A DNA stretch of 63,520 bases, filler included, from Lenisia limosa (taxonomy: Eukaryota > Protista > Breviatea), in assembly GCA_001655205.1 (NCBI GenBank). It is 14 parts of 14 records of this genome, joined end to end, with 100 filler letters (N's around TTAATTAATTAA, not from the genome) between each part and the next. Parts side by side here need not be neighbours in the genome. Positions count along the whole stretch, not along the records: positions 48,729 to 51,802 come from LPNZ01000837.1; positions 51,903 to 53,300 come from LPNZ01004642.1; positions 53,401 to 55,201 come from LPNZ01008742.1; positions 55,302 to 60,554 come from LPNZ01007836.1; 10 more parts are not named here. The stretch is one strand, 5' to 3'. Positions 49,905 to 60,654 of the stretch are shown in pieces. Positions within the stretch are counted from its first letter, which is position 1. Each line of letters opens with the position of its first letter. The position numbers and the translations under genes are program-made. Below the pieces are notes generated by a model. The model saw only the letters and a list, made by a program, of their open reading frames with translations. It did not search any database and had not been told where the DNA came from.

Positions 49905-51322
49905 GTACAAGTCCGAATGGCGTGAGAAGTCGAATTTCAAGCCGGTCAAGTGCTTCTGGCCTTTTTATTTCTGGATATCTCAAGCGAGAAAGCAGTTCTG
50001 GGGCCTTCTATGTCTTTATCAGCACATCCTGTGGTCAATCAGCCGTTAGCAAAAGGAGCACAGAGTTTGGTAGGCTCCCCTTCTTAGTTGCCCTTTCTAC
50101 TTTTACTCTGTACTTTGATGATCTCGGGAGTATTCGGATTCTATGTATTATATATCGATATATACAATGACCAGGAAAGAGCAAATCGGTCAAGACTTAT
50201 CCGGTCACTGCAGATATAAAAAAATATTTATTTGTTTTTGAACAGTTTGTTGGGGTTTTAAAGGTATCCGTCTTTCAACTTAGTTTATTATGTTTCTGTT
50301 TCCTTCCTTGGTTTGAGTGAACCTTATTTTGATGTAATATAGATATAGCACTTTTTTCAATGGTGGACAGGATTGTCGCATGTGTGAAATAGTATTACTC
50401 CAAATCCACTTAGACTGAAGATGATGATGAGCGGAGAATGATGATGATATGAAGGGTAGAGAAAAGAGGGGAAGTTGGAGACCTATGATAAAGCAGATCA
50501 TAAATAATATATCAAAGAAATCACACACCTCTTGAAAAAAACAAAAAAAACAGTCAACTTTTCTTTACTTAAACAGCTGAAAAACACAACAGGAACACTA
50601 ACTCCATATTGAGAGAAGAAGTTACCCCGTGGGACTGTAGAGGGTGATCAAGAGAGCTCAGTTTGAATAACGTACTGCCGCCATTTGGAGTTGTAGATAA
50701 GGTCGGACCTGCCAAGTGAAAAAAGGAATGGAAGTAAAAATACAGGGGATTCGAACTTATATGACAGTAAAAGGGTATATAAAACGAGACTATTGGCAAT
50801 ACTGTGCCGTATTATTTGTCACTTTCTATTTCTAAAGATGATCACCAAAAAAAGAAGGAAAGGAGGGTAGTTGGCGTTGGAGAATGGAAAACAAAAAATG
50901 CGCAGCAAGAGAGGCAGAGGACCAGGGGATGAAGATCGGTTCAGGGATCAGGATCAGATCAGCAAAGCTCATACGTACATATTCTCTAAAGCACATGTCC
51001 TTACAACTACATGCAGGTACACATATACACCGGACAGACCGATTTGCTATGATTTCCCAATGAAAATCGGTCAAGACGAGCATGGCCACATGCATTTGAA
51101 AAACAATACACCACAAGAAAGTAAATAAATTGCCTCGTAATATCATGTGATAATTATAAGTACTCCACCCCCAACCAAGCCACAAATGAATAACAGGCCG
51201 GGCAGCCGCCGCCCGTCGGTACCACGTGCGTATCGGTCACGTGCTCCGATTTCAGCATTCCTCGGGCTGCACACAGCACGTGACTTCCGCCACCACACTT
51301 ACACCAAACCAGACTTCCTGGG
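49905..51322 (-). CDS. Unknown multi-exon gene fragment
   Basis: Exon-like blocks with pyrimidine-rich acceptors (GSLVWCKCGGGSHVLCAARG...; KAPELLSRLRYPEIKRPEALDRLEIRLL...). Frames not fully verified. Confidence 0.3.
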
Positions 51323-52148
51323 GGGAGGTAAAATAAGGCGATGAAAAATATTGGCGCAAAGGTACTAAAAAATGAAGGAGACCTCCTCACCTGATATTGA
51401 CGGATCATTAAGCTTTTTGCCACAAAATGAGCACAACAAGTCAGAGAACTTCATGTTTTTCTTCCCCTTAAGAAGGTCTCGCTTGGCTGCCTATAGGAGT
51501 GAATGGAAATAATTGTGAAATTGAAAAATAAAACGAAAACAAAACAAAACAAAAATTATTAAACAGAAAAAAATACCCAAAATCAACTCTGTTGGCTAAG
51601 CATTTGAGGAACATACGAGGCTTGAAAGTAACAAAAACAAATAAAACCGCAGCCTGGGGGAGGGTAGACGAATCTCTATGTAGATATGATGGGGAGGCAC
51701 GCGGAAAGCTGAGTGCACAGAGTTGTAAGGCAAATGATTGAGTGAATTAAGTTAAATGTACATGTAGTATATGATATTATATACAATAATCCATAATCTC
51801 TTNNNNNNNNNNNNNNNNNNNNNNNNNNNNNNNNNNNNNNNNNNNNTTAATTAATTAANNNNNNNNNNNNNNNNNNNNNNNNNNNNNNNNNNNNNNNNNN
51901 NNACGCTAAAACTAGACAAAAACGGGGCCCGAAAAGCAAAAACACACACATACACCCACACCCACATAAAAAGCCTCCAACTATCTTAAGTTAAACACCT
52001 AAAACACACTACACCCCGCGCATCGACTTGGGATGCTTATGAAAACATCGGAATTTCCATATTTTACATGAGAATCCCATTGAATAAAAAAAGAAATTAG
52101 TGGGATTCCCCAAATAATAAGAGGGGAAACACTGCCCCCCCCCCCACA

Positions 52149-53270
52149 CCTGGAAGACGCGAGTGGCGCGACGAACAAGACACTCAATGAAACGAGAGGC
52201 GAACGTTGTGGCTTGGAGCGTGGCTGTGCACGAGGGCAGAGCAGTGGCCAGGGAGGCGTTTTGCTGGTAGCCGTAGGGATGGACTGCCTAATAGGGTAAG
52301 TGGCTGTGAATAAGATGCCTAATAGGCTAAGTGTGGCTATGAATAAGTTGCTTAATATGGTAAGTGTGGCTATAAATAGTTGCCTAATATGGTAAGCGGC
52401 TCCCGAGTTGCCTGATTCGCATTCGTATTCCTTAGGTAATTTAACTGAAAAGATTTAAGTTTTACAAGGGGCCCACCTGGGAGGGTCTAAGTGCCTGTGA
52501 AGCCTCAATAGCGTTAGAGACGAGAAGGTGCACGTGAGATTCGAATGATTGATAGGGGCAAGTCAGCCATCTCAGTGATCCGCCAACAATGTAGTATCTA
52601 GTGGGGGGTGAGGGGGGGTAAAATTGGAAATTTATGAGAAAAAAAAAAAAAACNNNNNNNNNNNNNNNNNNNNNNNNNNNNNNNNNNNNNNNNNNNNNNN
52701 NNNNNNNNNNNNNNNNNNNNNNNNNNNNNNNNNNNNNNNNNNNNNNNNNNNNNNNNNNNNNNNNNNNNNNNNNNNNNNNNNNNNNNNNNNAAAAAAGCCC
52801 AAAATCAGCTCTGTTGGCTACAACACACAAGGTCACAAAAGGCCCCCCCTACCTTCTCCATGCCTCACGTACGGGCGCACCGTGGCCGAATTCTTCCATT
52901 GCCGTAGTAGCTAAATCAATGCACTCGTTGGTTGTAGGCGACTTGTGGATGCTGAAGCGTGAGGAAAGGGTTCCTTGGAAATGCAGGGTTTTTAGCGCCT
53001 GTAGTTCTCATTAGGGCTCCCCTTCGGTTCAAAAAAAAAAGACTGAATTTATCGATAAATCCTCGAATCAATATGATAAGGTCTTTTTCGGGCAGTAATA
53101 GTATAGTGGTATTGTGTGAACAAAATAACACGTCATAAAAATTAATTTTTATCCTCAACCAACAACATAAACACCCATATAAACACCCATATAAACACCC
53201 AGAAAACACCCCAGTCCCACATGGTAGTCGGCATGAGGATCTGTGACACTCTATCCAGGTCGGACCTGCG
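52149..53270 (-). CDS. Unknown multi-exon gene fragment
   Basis: ALKTLHFQGTLSSRFSIHK...EFGHGAPV|RYYIVGGSLRWLTCPYQSFE...LRPSQ|QNASLATALPSC...RATRVFQ. Confidence 0.5.
52285..52400. repeat. Degenerate 31-33 bp tandem repeat x3.5
   Basis: Unit about TGCCTAATAGGGTAAGT(GT)GGCTATGAATAAG. Confidence 0.8.
52617..52840 (-). repeat. Family D repeat (gapped) ending beside a 3' splice site
   Basis: Reverse complement: ...GTGTGTTGTAGCCAACAGAGCTGATTTTGGGCTTTT[N]TTTCTCATAAATTTCCAATTTTACCCCCCCTCACCCCCCACTAG|exon. Confidence 0.75.
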
Positions 53271-53525
53271 GACACACATTCGGTACGTGTGCCGGGGGGA
53301 NNNNNNNNNNNNNNNNNNNNNNNNNNNNNNNNNNNNNNNNNNNNTTAATTAATTAANNNNNNNNNNNNNNNNNNNNNNNNNNNNNNNNNNNNNNNNNNNN
53401 TCTCCTTAGTCTAACATCCTATACACCCTATACCTCACTGGTTCGTACTGTTTTGAAACTTTGTGTTATTTATTTCTCACTTTCGTTCCCAGATTCAAAA
53501 TAATTATTAACCTATCTCCCCTCAG

Positions 53526-55103
53526 GAAGAAATTTGCCAAGCGTTAGAGAGTTACAACACGCGAATTGACACACTACGGGACGAAATGGAAGCTGCCACT
53601 GACAGTGCGAGATTGATCAGACAAGATATTCAGGAAATTAAGAGCACTTATTGGTGGGCGTGGGGGGGGGGGGGGGNNNNNNNNNNNNNNNNNNNNNNNN
53701 NNNNNNNNNNNNNNNNNNNNNNNNNNNNNNNNNNNNNNNNNNNNNNNNNNNNNNNNNNNNNNNNNNNNNNNNNNNNNNNNNNNNNNNNNNNNNNNNNNNN
53801 NNNNNNNNNNNNNNNNNNNNNNNNNNNAAAAACAAAAAAAAACAAGAAAAAAACAAGCAATAACAAACACGAGCAACCAACGCTAAAACTAGAAAAAAAG
53901 CAGATGACAAAAACACAAAAACAAGAGGTGGGCAAGGTGATTATTAGTTAGGGATGGGGATAAGAATTGATTTCAGAACACCTATAATGATCAAAGACGG
54001 AATATATCAATCATTTCCNNNNNNNNNNNNNNNNNNNNNNNNNNNNNNNNNNNNNNNNNNNNNNNNNNNNNNNNNNNNNNNNNNNNNNNNNNNNNNNNNN
54101 NNNNNNNNNNNNNNNNNNNNNNNNNNNNNNNNNNNNNCTCGGATTATTGAGTAACATCACAGTGCCATCTCCACTTCGGACCGCTGTGAAGAATGCCGGT
54201 TCCCAGCATTGAATCGACGTTTCACTATATTCCCATGTGGCCACACTTTCCATACTGCCTGTCTTGTAACCCATGTGGGTGGGGTGCTAGCTGAAAAACA
54301 ATACATTACTTGAAGCAGAGGGGAGTTTTGTTTTTGTTTTTGTGATAGATTTTGATTATTATTTAAGTACATTTTTTCGTTTATTATATTGAAGTTGCGA
54401 GGATTAGTTTTGCGAGTAGTTCCTACCCGAGTACCGTAACTGTTACCTGTGGCTGCGTAATATTTTTTCGGTCAAATACCAGTAGTTTAATAACAGAATG
54501 GGGCAACTAGGGCTTCACTTCGGTTCGAAAAATACCGATTAAATATCGATAATTTTCGAGGATTTATCAAGAAATTCAGTCTTTTTTGAACCGAAGTGAA
54601 GCCCTACAGGCAACTAATCACTACGTATTGCAGAAACGTGTCATTTCATTATTCGTGATAATGTGGGCGGCTTCGGCCAGATGCCACCTTATTTTGTTTC
54701 TCATCTCATCTCTACATAATATGTGTTGGTGTGTTTGCTGATCAAACCATCAAGTATGTGTTAACTGCCTGGCAATTAGGGCTTCATTTCGGTTCGAAAA
54801 AAGACACAATCTCGATAAATCCTCATACCGGTATTTTTCGAACCGAAGTGAAGCCCTACTGGCTACAGAGCTGATTTTTGAGTTTATTAATTAGTGCTCA
54901 CCCTACTTCCATCTCCTCAATTCTTTCCAACCACAAAAAAATCAGAATAACTACCTCTATCCGTAAAAATATAATATACTATATAAAAAACTTTCTTTCC
55001 AAATTATTGGGAAATTAGTACCATTTGTCACATCCCCCCTCCGCAGACGTTGAGACTCCTTCCCTCTATCGACGTGAAAACCATCAACAAACTACAGGCT
55101 CAG
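53526..55103 (+). CDS. vps18: Vps18/Pep3 C-terminal fragment (HOPS/CORVET subunit)
   Basis: Exons 53526-53653, 54163-54274 and 55047-55103: EEICQALESYNTRIDTLRDEMEAATDSARLIRQDIQEIKSTY|CAISTSDRCEECRFPALNRRFTIFPCGHTFHTACLVTH, i.e. coiled coil followed by RING-H2. Confidence 0.88.
54508..54606. mobile_element. MITE family A copy in vps18 intron
   Basis: TA|GGGCTTCACTTCGGTTCGAAAAATAC...GTCTTTTTTGAACCGAAGTGAAGCCC|TA. Confidence 0.92.
54777..54858. mobile_element. MITE family A copy in vps18 intron
   Basis: TA|GGGCTTCATTTCGGTTCGAAAAAAGAC...GTATTTTTCGAACCGAAGTGAAGCCC|TA. Confidence 0.92.
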
Positions 55104-55300
55104 GTAAGCCAACTAATTAAGCCCTACTTCCTTCCGACCCCCCATTGTTCTCAGCCCTCGTGTTGCCAGCCTAGAGTTGATTGGGCTTTTAATTTTCCAA
55201 TNNNNNNNNNNNNNNNNNNNNNNNNNNNNNNNNNNNNNNNNNNNNTTAATTAATTAANNNNNNNNNNNNNNNNNNNNNNNNNNNNNNNNNNNNNNNNNNN

Positions 55301-56802
55301 NGATTGTAGGTAAAGACATGGCTTGACCCGGGGTCGTTGACATTGAAAACACCGTTGGCTGTAGGATTAATGGAGGGAAGGGGGTAAAACGAAGGAAATT
55401 TCGATGTTATTGAAGTGAATACTATTTACGAACCGAATAATCTCCGATAATTATCGATAGTTTACCGGTCTTTTGGAGTAAAGCTCAAGCTAATACCCAC
55501 CTTTCTCGGAAGTGATAAGCACCCAATGGCCGCCTAAACAGTGAAAAACTCAATGAAGACAATGAAAATTCCAACTGCGAATGTAGTGTCTATTTCGCCG
55601 TGTAAGTAATTAAAAAATAATATTGCAAAATTTGAACTCATCATTATGAACATTATCACCCCCCCCCCCACCATTATGAACATTAGCGATGACGCCATAT
55701 CCTCCGTTGACATAGCTGCGGAGCTTGTTGATCTCCATGTTGCCACGAACGCGCTGAAGTGTAATGGGGGGAGGGGGGGGGGGAGTAAAATTGGAAAATT
55801 TATGNNNNNNNNNNNNNNNNNNNNNNNNNNNNNNNNCTGGCTGACAACCCCCACAAGGGTTGATAACAACAAAACAAAGAAATTGGAAATTAATGAAACA
55901 AAAAACCCAAATCAACTCTGCGGGGTAAAAAGTCCCAGGAAGACAATGATACTCGTATTTTCTCATTTCATAGGAAGAACCCAAGCCCCCCCCCCNNNNN
56001 NNNNNACGAGAAGGCTGAAACAGTAAAATGCTGAGCACATACATGTATGTACATACATATTTCATATACTATAGCTATTTACTCTATCGATACGATATAT
56101 TATAAGACCTCATGAGAACAGGAATAGAACTGTCGTTAAAAAGTTTAGCAAGTCATCATTCCCCACCCACTCTCCTGAGGCATAACCTCCATGCCTCTTC
56201 AGCCAGCTATAATGGTCAAAAAGGACAAAGAAAAAGGGTGGTTTCAAAAACACAAATGATACTATGATATTGTGAAACATATATAAAAGTTAAAAATACA
56301 CCAACCAATTCAAGAGCCTTTATAAATCCTAAACAGCAATCCTACAGTGTAATCTAGTATATATCACTCTATTCCTCCTTGGTGTAACTAGGCAACAATG
56401 ACGTTATGGTTGTGAGTGAATTGAAACAAGAGAAATTCGTCCGATATTCATCAGCCTTCCCACTTGTTCATGACGTGAGGAGTGTAGGTAGTTGAGTTCT
56501 TGTTCCATGTGTCAGTAATCATCGCCAAACTGGTCATAGCACAGCCAGCCTGCAAGGTGATACTCCGAAGATGAGCAAAAAGCTGTGCGAACAAAATGAT
56601 CATGGTGATTCTAACATAATAACCATCAAACGTGGCAAATAGTGACAGAAGAAGTGCCCAACTTCTCACTAAAAATTAAAAAAGGGATCTCAGGCTATTC
56701 CACCAACTTCTTCCAACGGTCATCACACTGCTTGTAAGAGTGGAATGCAAAGGCACTGGAGGCAAGGGCAAGGACCAAAAGGACGAGGCTAAAAGATCTC
56801 AT
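55301..56802 (-). CDS. Secreted C39-like (papain-fold) cysteine peptidase, 3' truncated
   Basis: MRSFSLVLLVLALASSAFA signal, then HSYKQCDDRWK|NEKLGTSSVTICH|AGCAMTSLAM (Cys at 56541-56543)...MN|NWLKRHGGYASG|...GYGVIANVHN|GGHWVLITSEK|ANGVFNVNDPG (His, Asp). Confidence 0.75.
55784..55925 (-). repeat. Family D repeat in peptidase intron, ending about 30 nt from the acceptor
   Basis: Reverse complement ...CATAAATTTTCCAATTTTACTCCCCCCCCCTCCCCCATTACACTTCAG|exon. Confidence 0.75.
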
Positions 56803-57117
56803 TTTCGTTTGACTAATTATATTCGAACTGTGCCTAATATATATATATAGAAATATAGTCTTTATATACCGTGATTATTTTTTTTCTTAAAATTGGACTG
56901 TAATGAGATATGATTCAAACCCTAGGTAAAAAGTCAATATAATAATTAAATTCAAATTTTCGCCAAGAGCAATAAGAAGCTAATTGACGACTGTATATGA
57001 TTATCTCATAAATAATATTGAATGTGAACGAGGAAGAGTCCAAGTGAAGTCCTTTTCAAGCTGACCAGCTACGTGTACCAATAGGGCGGGTTCTCTCTCG
57101 CCCCCTCGGACGTCACT

Positions 57118-60100
57118 CTGGGTTGCGGATCGTCAAAAAAAGCGTCAGGGGCTGACACTCCGCGCCCAGTTACCCAACCCGTTGTCGAACCCTCACAGGA
57201 TGATTCACTGCTCAAGAACCCTGCCACGGCCTCACGCTTGAACGAACGACGGGACAGCCGTTCTAGTAGCGGCTTGAGCAGCGCCAGTAGTGTTTCGTCG
57301 CTTCGTGAGAGGGCTTTGGGTGGACTTTATTGGCAACATATGGTGTTGATATTCCTATTGATAGTTGAATTCTTTTGAAGGTTGCAGGCAGCTGAACATT
57401 TCGTGGCTTTACAACAACCTATTCACACACCCTTCTTGCTTTTCTGTTTTTGCTACATATTGTATTGAAATTGTATTATATTAAGTTGGTATATTGTTTT
57501 TCTTGTTGGGTCATTGTCACACGGGTGAACTAATTTCCACGACATGAAAACTCATAATCATACCAGGGATATTGGCCGACAAGTCTCAGTTTACATTTTA
57601 CTTTGTCACCTTTTTTAAATATTCAAATATGTTTTTGAAGGGTCCTTTTAACAATATATGTGGACTTTTCGAATGTTTTAATTCCAAACGTTGGCAATAA
57701 ACTTACTCAGAAATTACGTTGTCCATATTCGTATCGGCCCCCTCCTATAATATTTGACAATTTCATCCTTGTTCAAAGCATCATGCTATGACATCTTCAA
57801 GAAATATAAAGATTGCTCAAAAACAAAAATAACATATCCTCTTTTTTTTAACATCGCCACAGCCTCCGGTCGCACAAGACGACGCCCCTCCCTCCCCGTC
57901 ATCACCACTCCCTATGTCGTAAAAGGTATGCTGGCTTCACTTCGGTTCGAAAAAAACCGGTAAAATATCGATAATTTTCAAAGATTTATCAAAAAAATTC
58001 AGTCTTTTTCGAACCCAAATGAAGCCGTATTTGTGACATTTTGTTGCGTTAATCCCCCGCCCCTTTTTTTTTTCTTCCCGCTTTCTGATATCAATTTCCG
58101 TATTTATCACCCCAGGCTATGGTGATAACGGTAACAAGCAAATCAACCAATATCAGTACATCCGGTCCCTTGGAAAGGGCTCTTTTGGCAAAGTCAAGCT
58201 TGTCATCAATACGTTTACTTCAAAGGAATATGTTTGTGGGTTGTTTTCAAATTATCAATACCTTCACTTCAAAAATTTAAAGAACTGTTAAACCAAAGGA
58301 ATTTGTATGTGGGCTAAGAATGCCACAAGTATCCTTTTCAGCTCACTTATAAAGGTGTAAATAGTGGAATCAAATGATAATGTGCAGATATACACTGACT
58401 GGGATAATTCTTGACTGATATTTCTTGGGAAATCACATAAAGACTTATCCCATTTCAATACATGCTTGTATTTTCAAAATACTGGAATTGTAAAGTACAC
58501 CCATTATCATCTTTATCATATGTGGTTTATATCTATGATTGTAAATATATCAAAATTGTAGTAGTTGGAATGGTGTTCATTGAGTGCATACCTGGAAGCG
58601 AAATAAATGGAATATGTGGGGATTCACCAGTTGTATTATAGGGGGTGGAAAATGAAACTTTATATTAGGTAAGAGCAGAGACCAGAATTTATGACGAAAT
58701 GGTGGTGGTAGGGTCTTATGGGTATTGAATGAAAGAAAATGGAACAGTCCTTCATAATACTGGATCAATTGAACAATCATTACCTCCAATCTAACAGTAA
58801 AAGAGACTCTTCGGTCACCTTTCACTTCAACAGGCGGTTAAGATCTTCTCGAAAGCCGTTTTAGCCAAGCATCACTTTCATCGTGAAGAGTCTGGGATCG
58901 ATTCTGTAAAGGTATGACATTTTGAATCAACAGCTTCTTTTGATCTTTCAATCTTGGAGCTTTCAATAATTTGATCCTTTTTGCTACAAATATCAATATT
59001 AAATGACGTAGACCGTAATTAATAGAGATTCTTGTGTCATTTCTCATTCGACAAATATATTACAAATTATCACGTGATACTATATGATATGAATAATGTA
59101 TTATTACAATATCATATTATCTTGTGCACAAAATTAAAATATTTCCACATAATGTAGTTGTCCAAATATTCTGTCGCTCACCTCCCCTTCCTTCCCCTTG
59201 ATGGGATGCGATGCTGCAGAAGCGCGACTGGCCCGGGCTTTGTTTGTTTTNNNNNNNNNNNNNNNNNNNNNNNNNNNNNNNNNNNNNNNNNNNNNNNNNN
59301 NNNNNNNNNNNNNNNNNNNAGAAAGTCGACCACCCCCACATCGTCCGCCTCCATGAAGTGATAGAAGATCCCGAGATCATGGATGACGGAAAACTCTATC
59401 TTGTCATGGAATACGTCACTGGTGGCGCCGTACTAGATAACACGGTCGAGACGACGCCCATTGACATTGGTCTTGTTAAGCAGTATTGCAGAGGCATGGC
59501 GTCAGGCTTCATGTATCTTCACAGTCTCGGAATCATCCATCGTGATATTAAGGTGACTTGGGGGTGCTACTTCGGTTCAGTTCAGTTCAGTTCAGTTCGG
59601 TCCTCGTTTCACCCATTCCCAGTGTTTCTTCAATATTTAGGCAACATAATTGATTTTGGGTTTTCTCGTTTAATGCATTTGTCATGTGCTGTGGGAGTGA
59701 CTGGCCTGTGTTTATTTTTTTGTTGTTTTCAACCCAGTTTCTAACTAAGTTGGATATGACCTGTGCATTTCACCTCCCACTTTTTTCATAAATTTTACAT
59801 TTTATCTTTTTTGAAGTTTCAGATTATTCGGTTCGGGAGGACCGTTGCCAATATTCTTCATCGAATTTTTCGTTTTACTTTGATTTTGGACCTTTTGATG
59901 GGATGCGGTGCTGCAAAAGCATCTGGCCTGGTCTTTGTTTGTTTTGTTGTTATCAACTCTTGTGTGTTAGTTGATTTATGATTTTTTTGTTTCATAAATT
60001 TTCCGATTTTACCCCCCCCCCCCCNNNNNNNNNNNNNNNNNNNNNNNNNNNNNNNNNNNNNNNNNNNNNGACTTTGGCGTAGCTCACATTTTCGAGGGTG

Positions 60101-60541
60101 AAGCCGACGGAATGCCGCTTGAGAGCGCAGGGTCCCCGGCCTTCTTGGCACCCGAGATACTCCGGGGTAACGGGCTCGGAAGCAAAGCGGCTGACATCTG
60201 GGCTCTGGGCGTGACTGTAAGAGGGTGATTAGGGCTTCTCTACGGTCCGAAATAGACCGTCATACTATCGATATTTACGAATATTACAACGATGGCAGTC
60301 TAATATGGCTAGGGCTTCCCTACGATCCAAAAATGACCGGTAAAATATCGATATTTATCTAAGATGTATTGAGAGATTCGGTCTTTTTTCGGACCGTGAG
60401 GAATCTCTAAACCTTTCTAGTCCAACTCACCAGAACATACTACTCTTCAAGCTCACTACTCTTCTCACTGTGCAGGTCTACTCCATGGCCTTCGGAAAGC
60501 CTCCCTTCCTGGCGGATAACAAAGTCGACCTTTTCAATAAA
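57118..60541 (+). CDS. CaMKK/SnRK-activating-kinase-like Ser/Thr kinase, 3' truncated
   Basis: (L)GCGSSKK...|...VITTPYVVK|GYGDNGNKQINQYQYIRSLGKGSFGKVKL...|AVKIFSKAVL...|KKVDHPHIVRLHEVIEDP...LYLVMEY...YLHSLGIIHRDIK|DFGVAH...AGSPAFLAPE...AADIWALGVT|VYSMAFGKPPF. Confidence 0.88.
57933..58026. mobile_element. MITE family A copy 7 nt inside a kinase intron; more at 60232, 60310-60409 and 62294-62392
   Basis: GGCTTCACTTCGGTTCGAAAAAAAC...GTCTTTTTCGAACCCAAATGAAGCC. Confidence 0.85.
59895..60024 (+). repeat. Family D repeat, most complete copy, ending in poly-C before the DFG exon
   Basis: GATGGGATGCGGTGCTGCAAAAGC...CTGGTCTTTGTTTGTTTTGTTGTTATCAACTCTTGTGTGTT...TTTGTTTCATAAATTTTCCGATTTTACCCCCCCC. Another copy at 59199-59250. 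Confidence 0.85.
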
Positions 60542-60654
60542 GTGGGGTATTCGTNNNNNNNNNNNNNNNNNNNNNNNNNNNNNNNNNNNNNNNNNNNNTT
60601 AATTAATTAANNNNNNNNNNNNNNNNNNNNNNNNNNNNNNNNNNNNNNNNNNNN

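Noticed and set aside
58329-58338. U12-type donor GTATCCTTT
   Set aside because: It lies mid-intron; the flanking kinase exons already join in frame with ordinary GT-AG sites.
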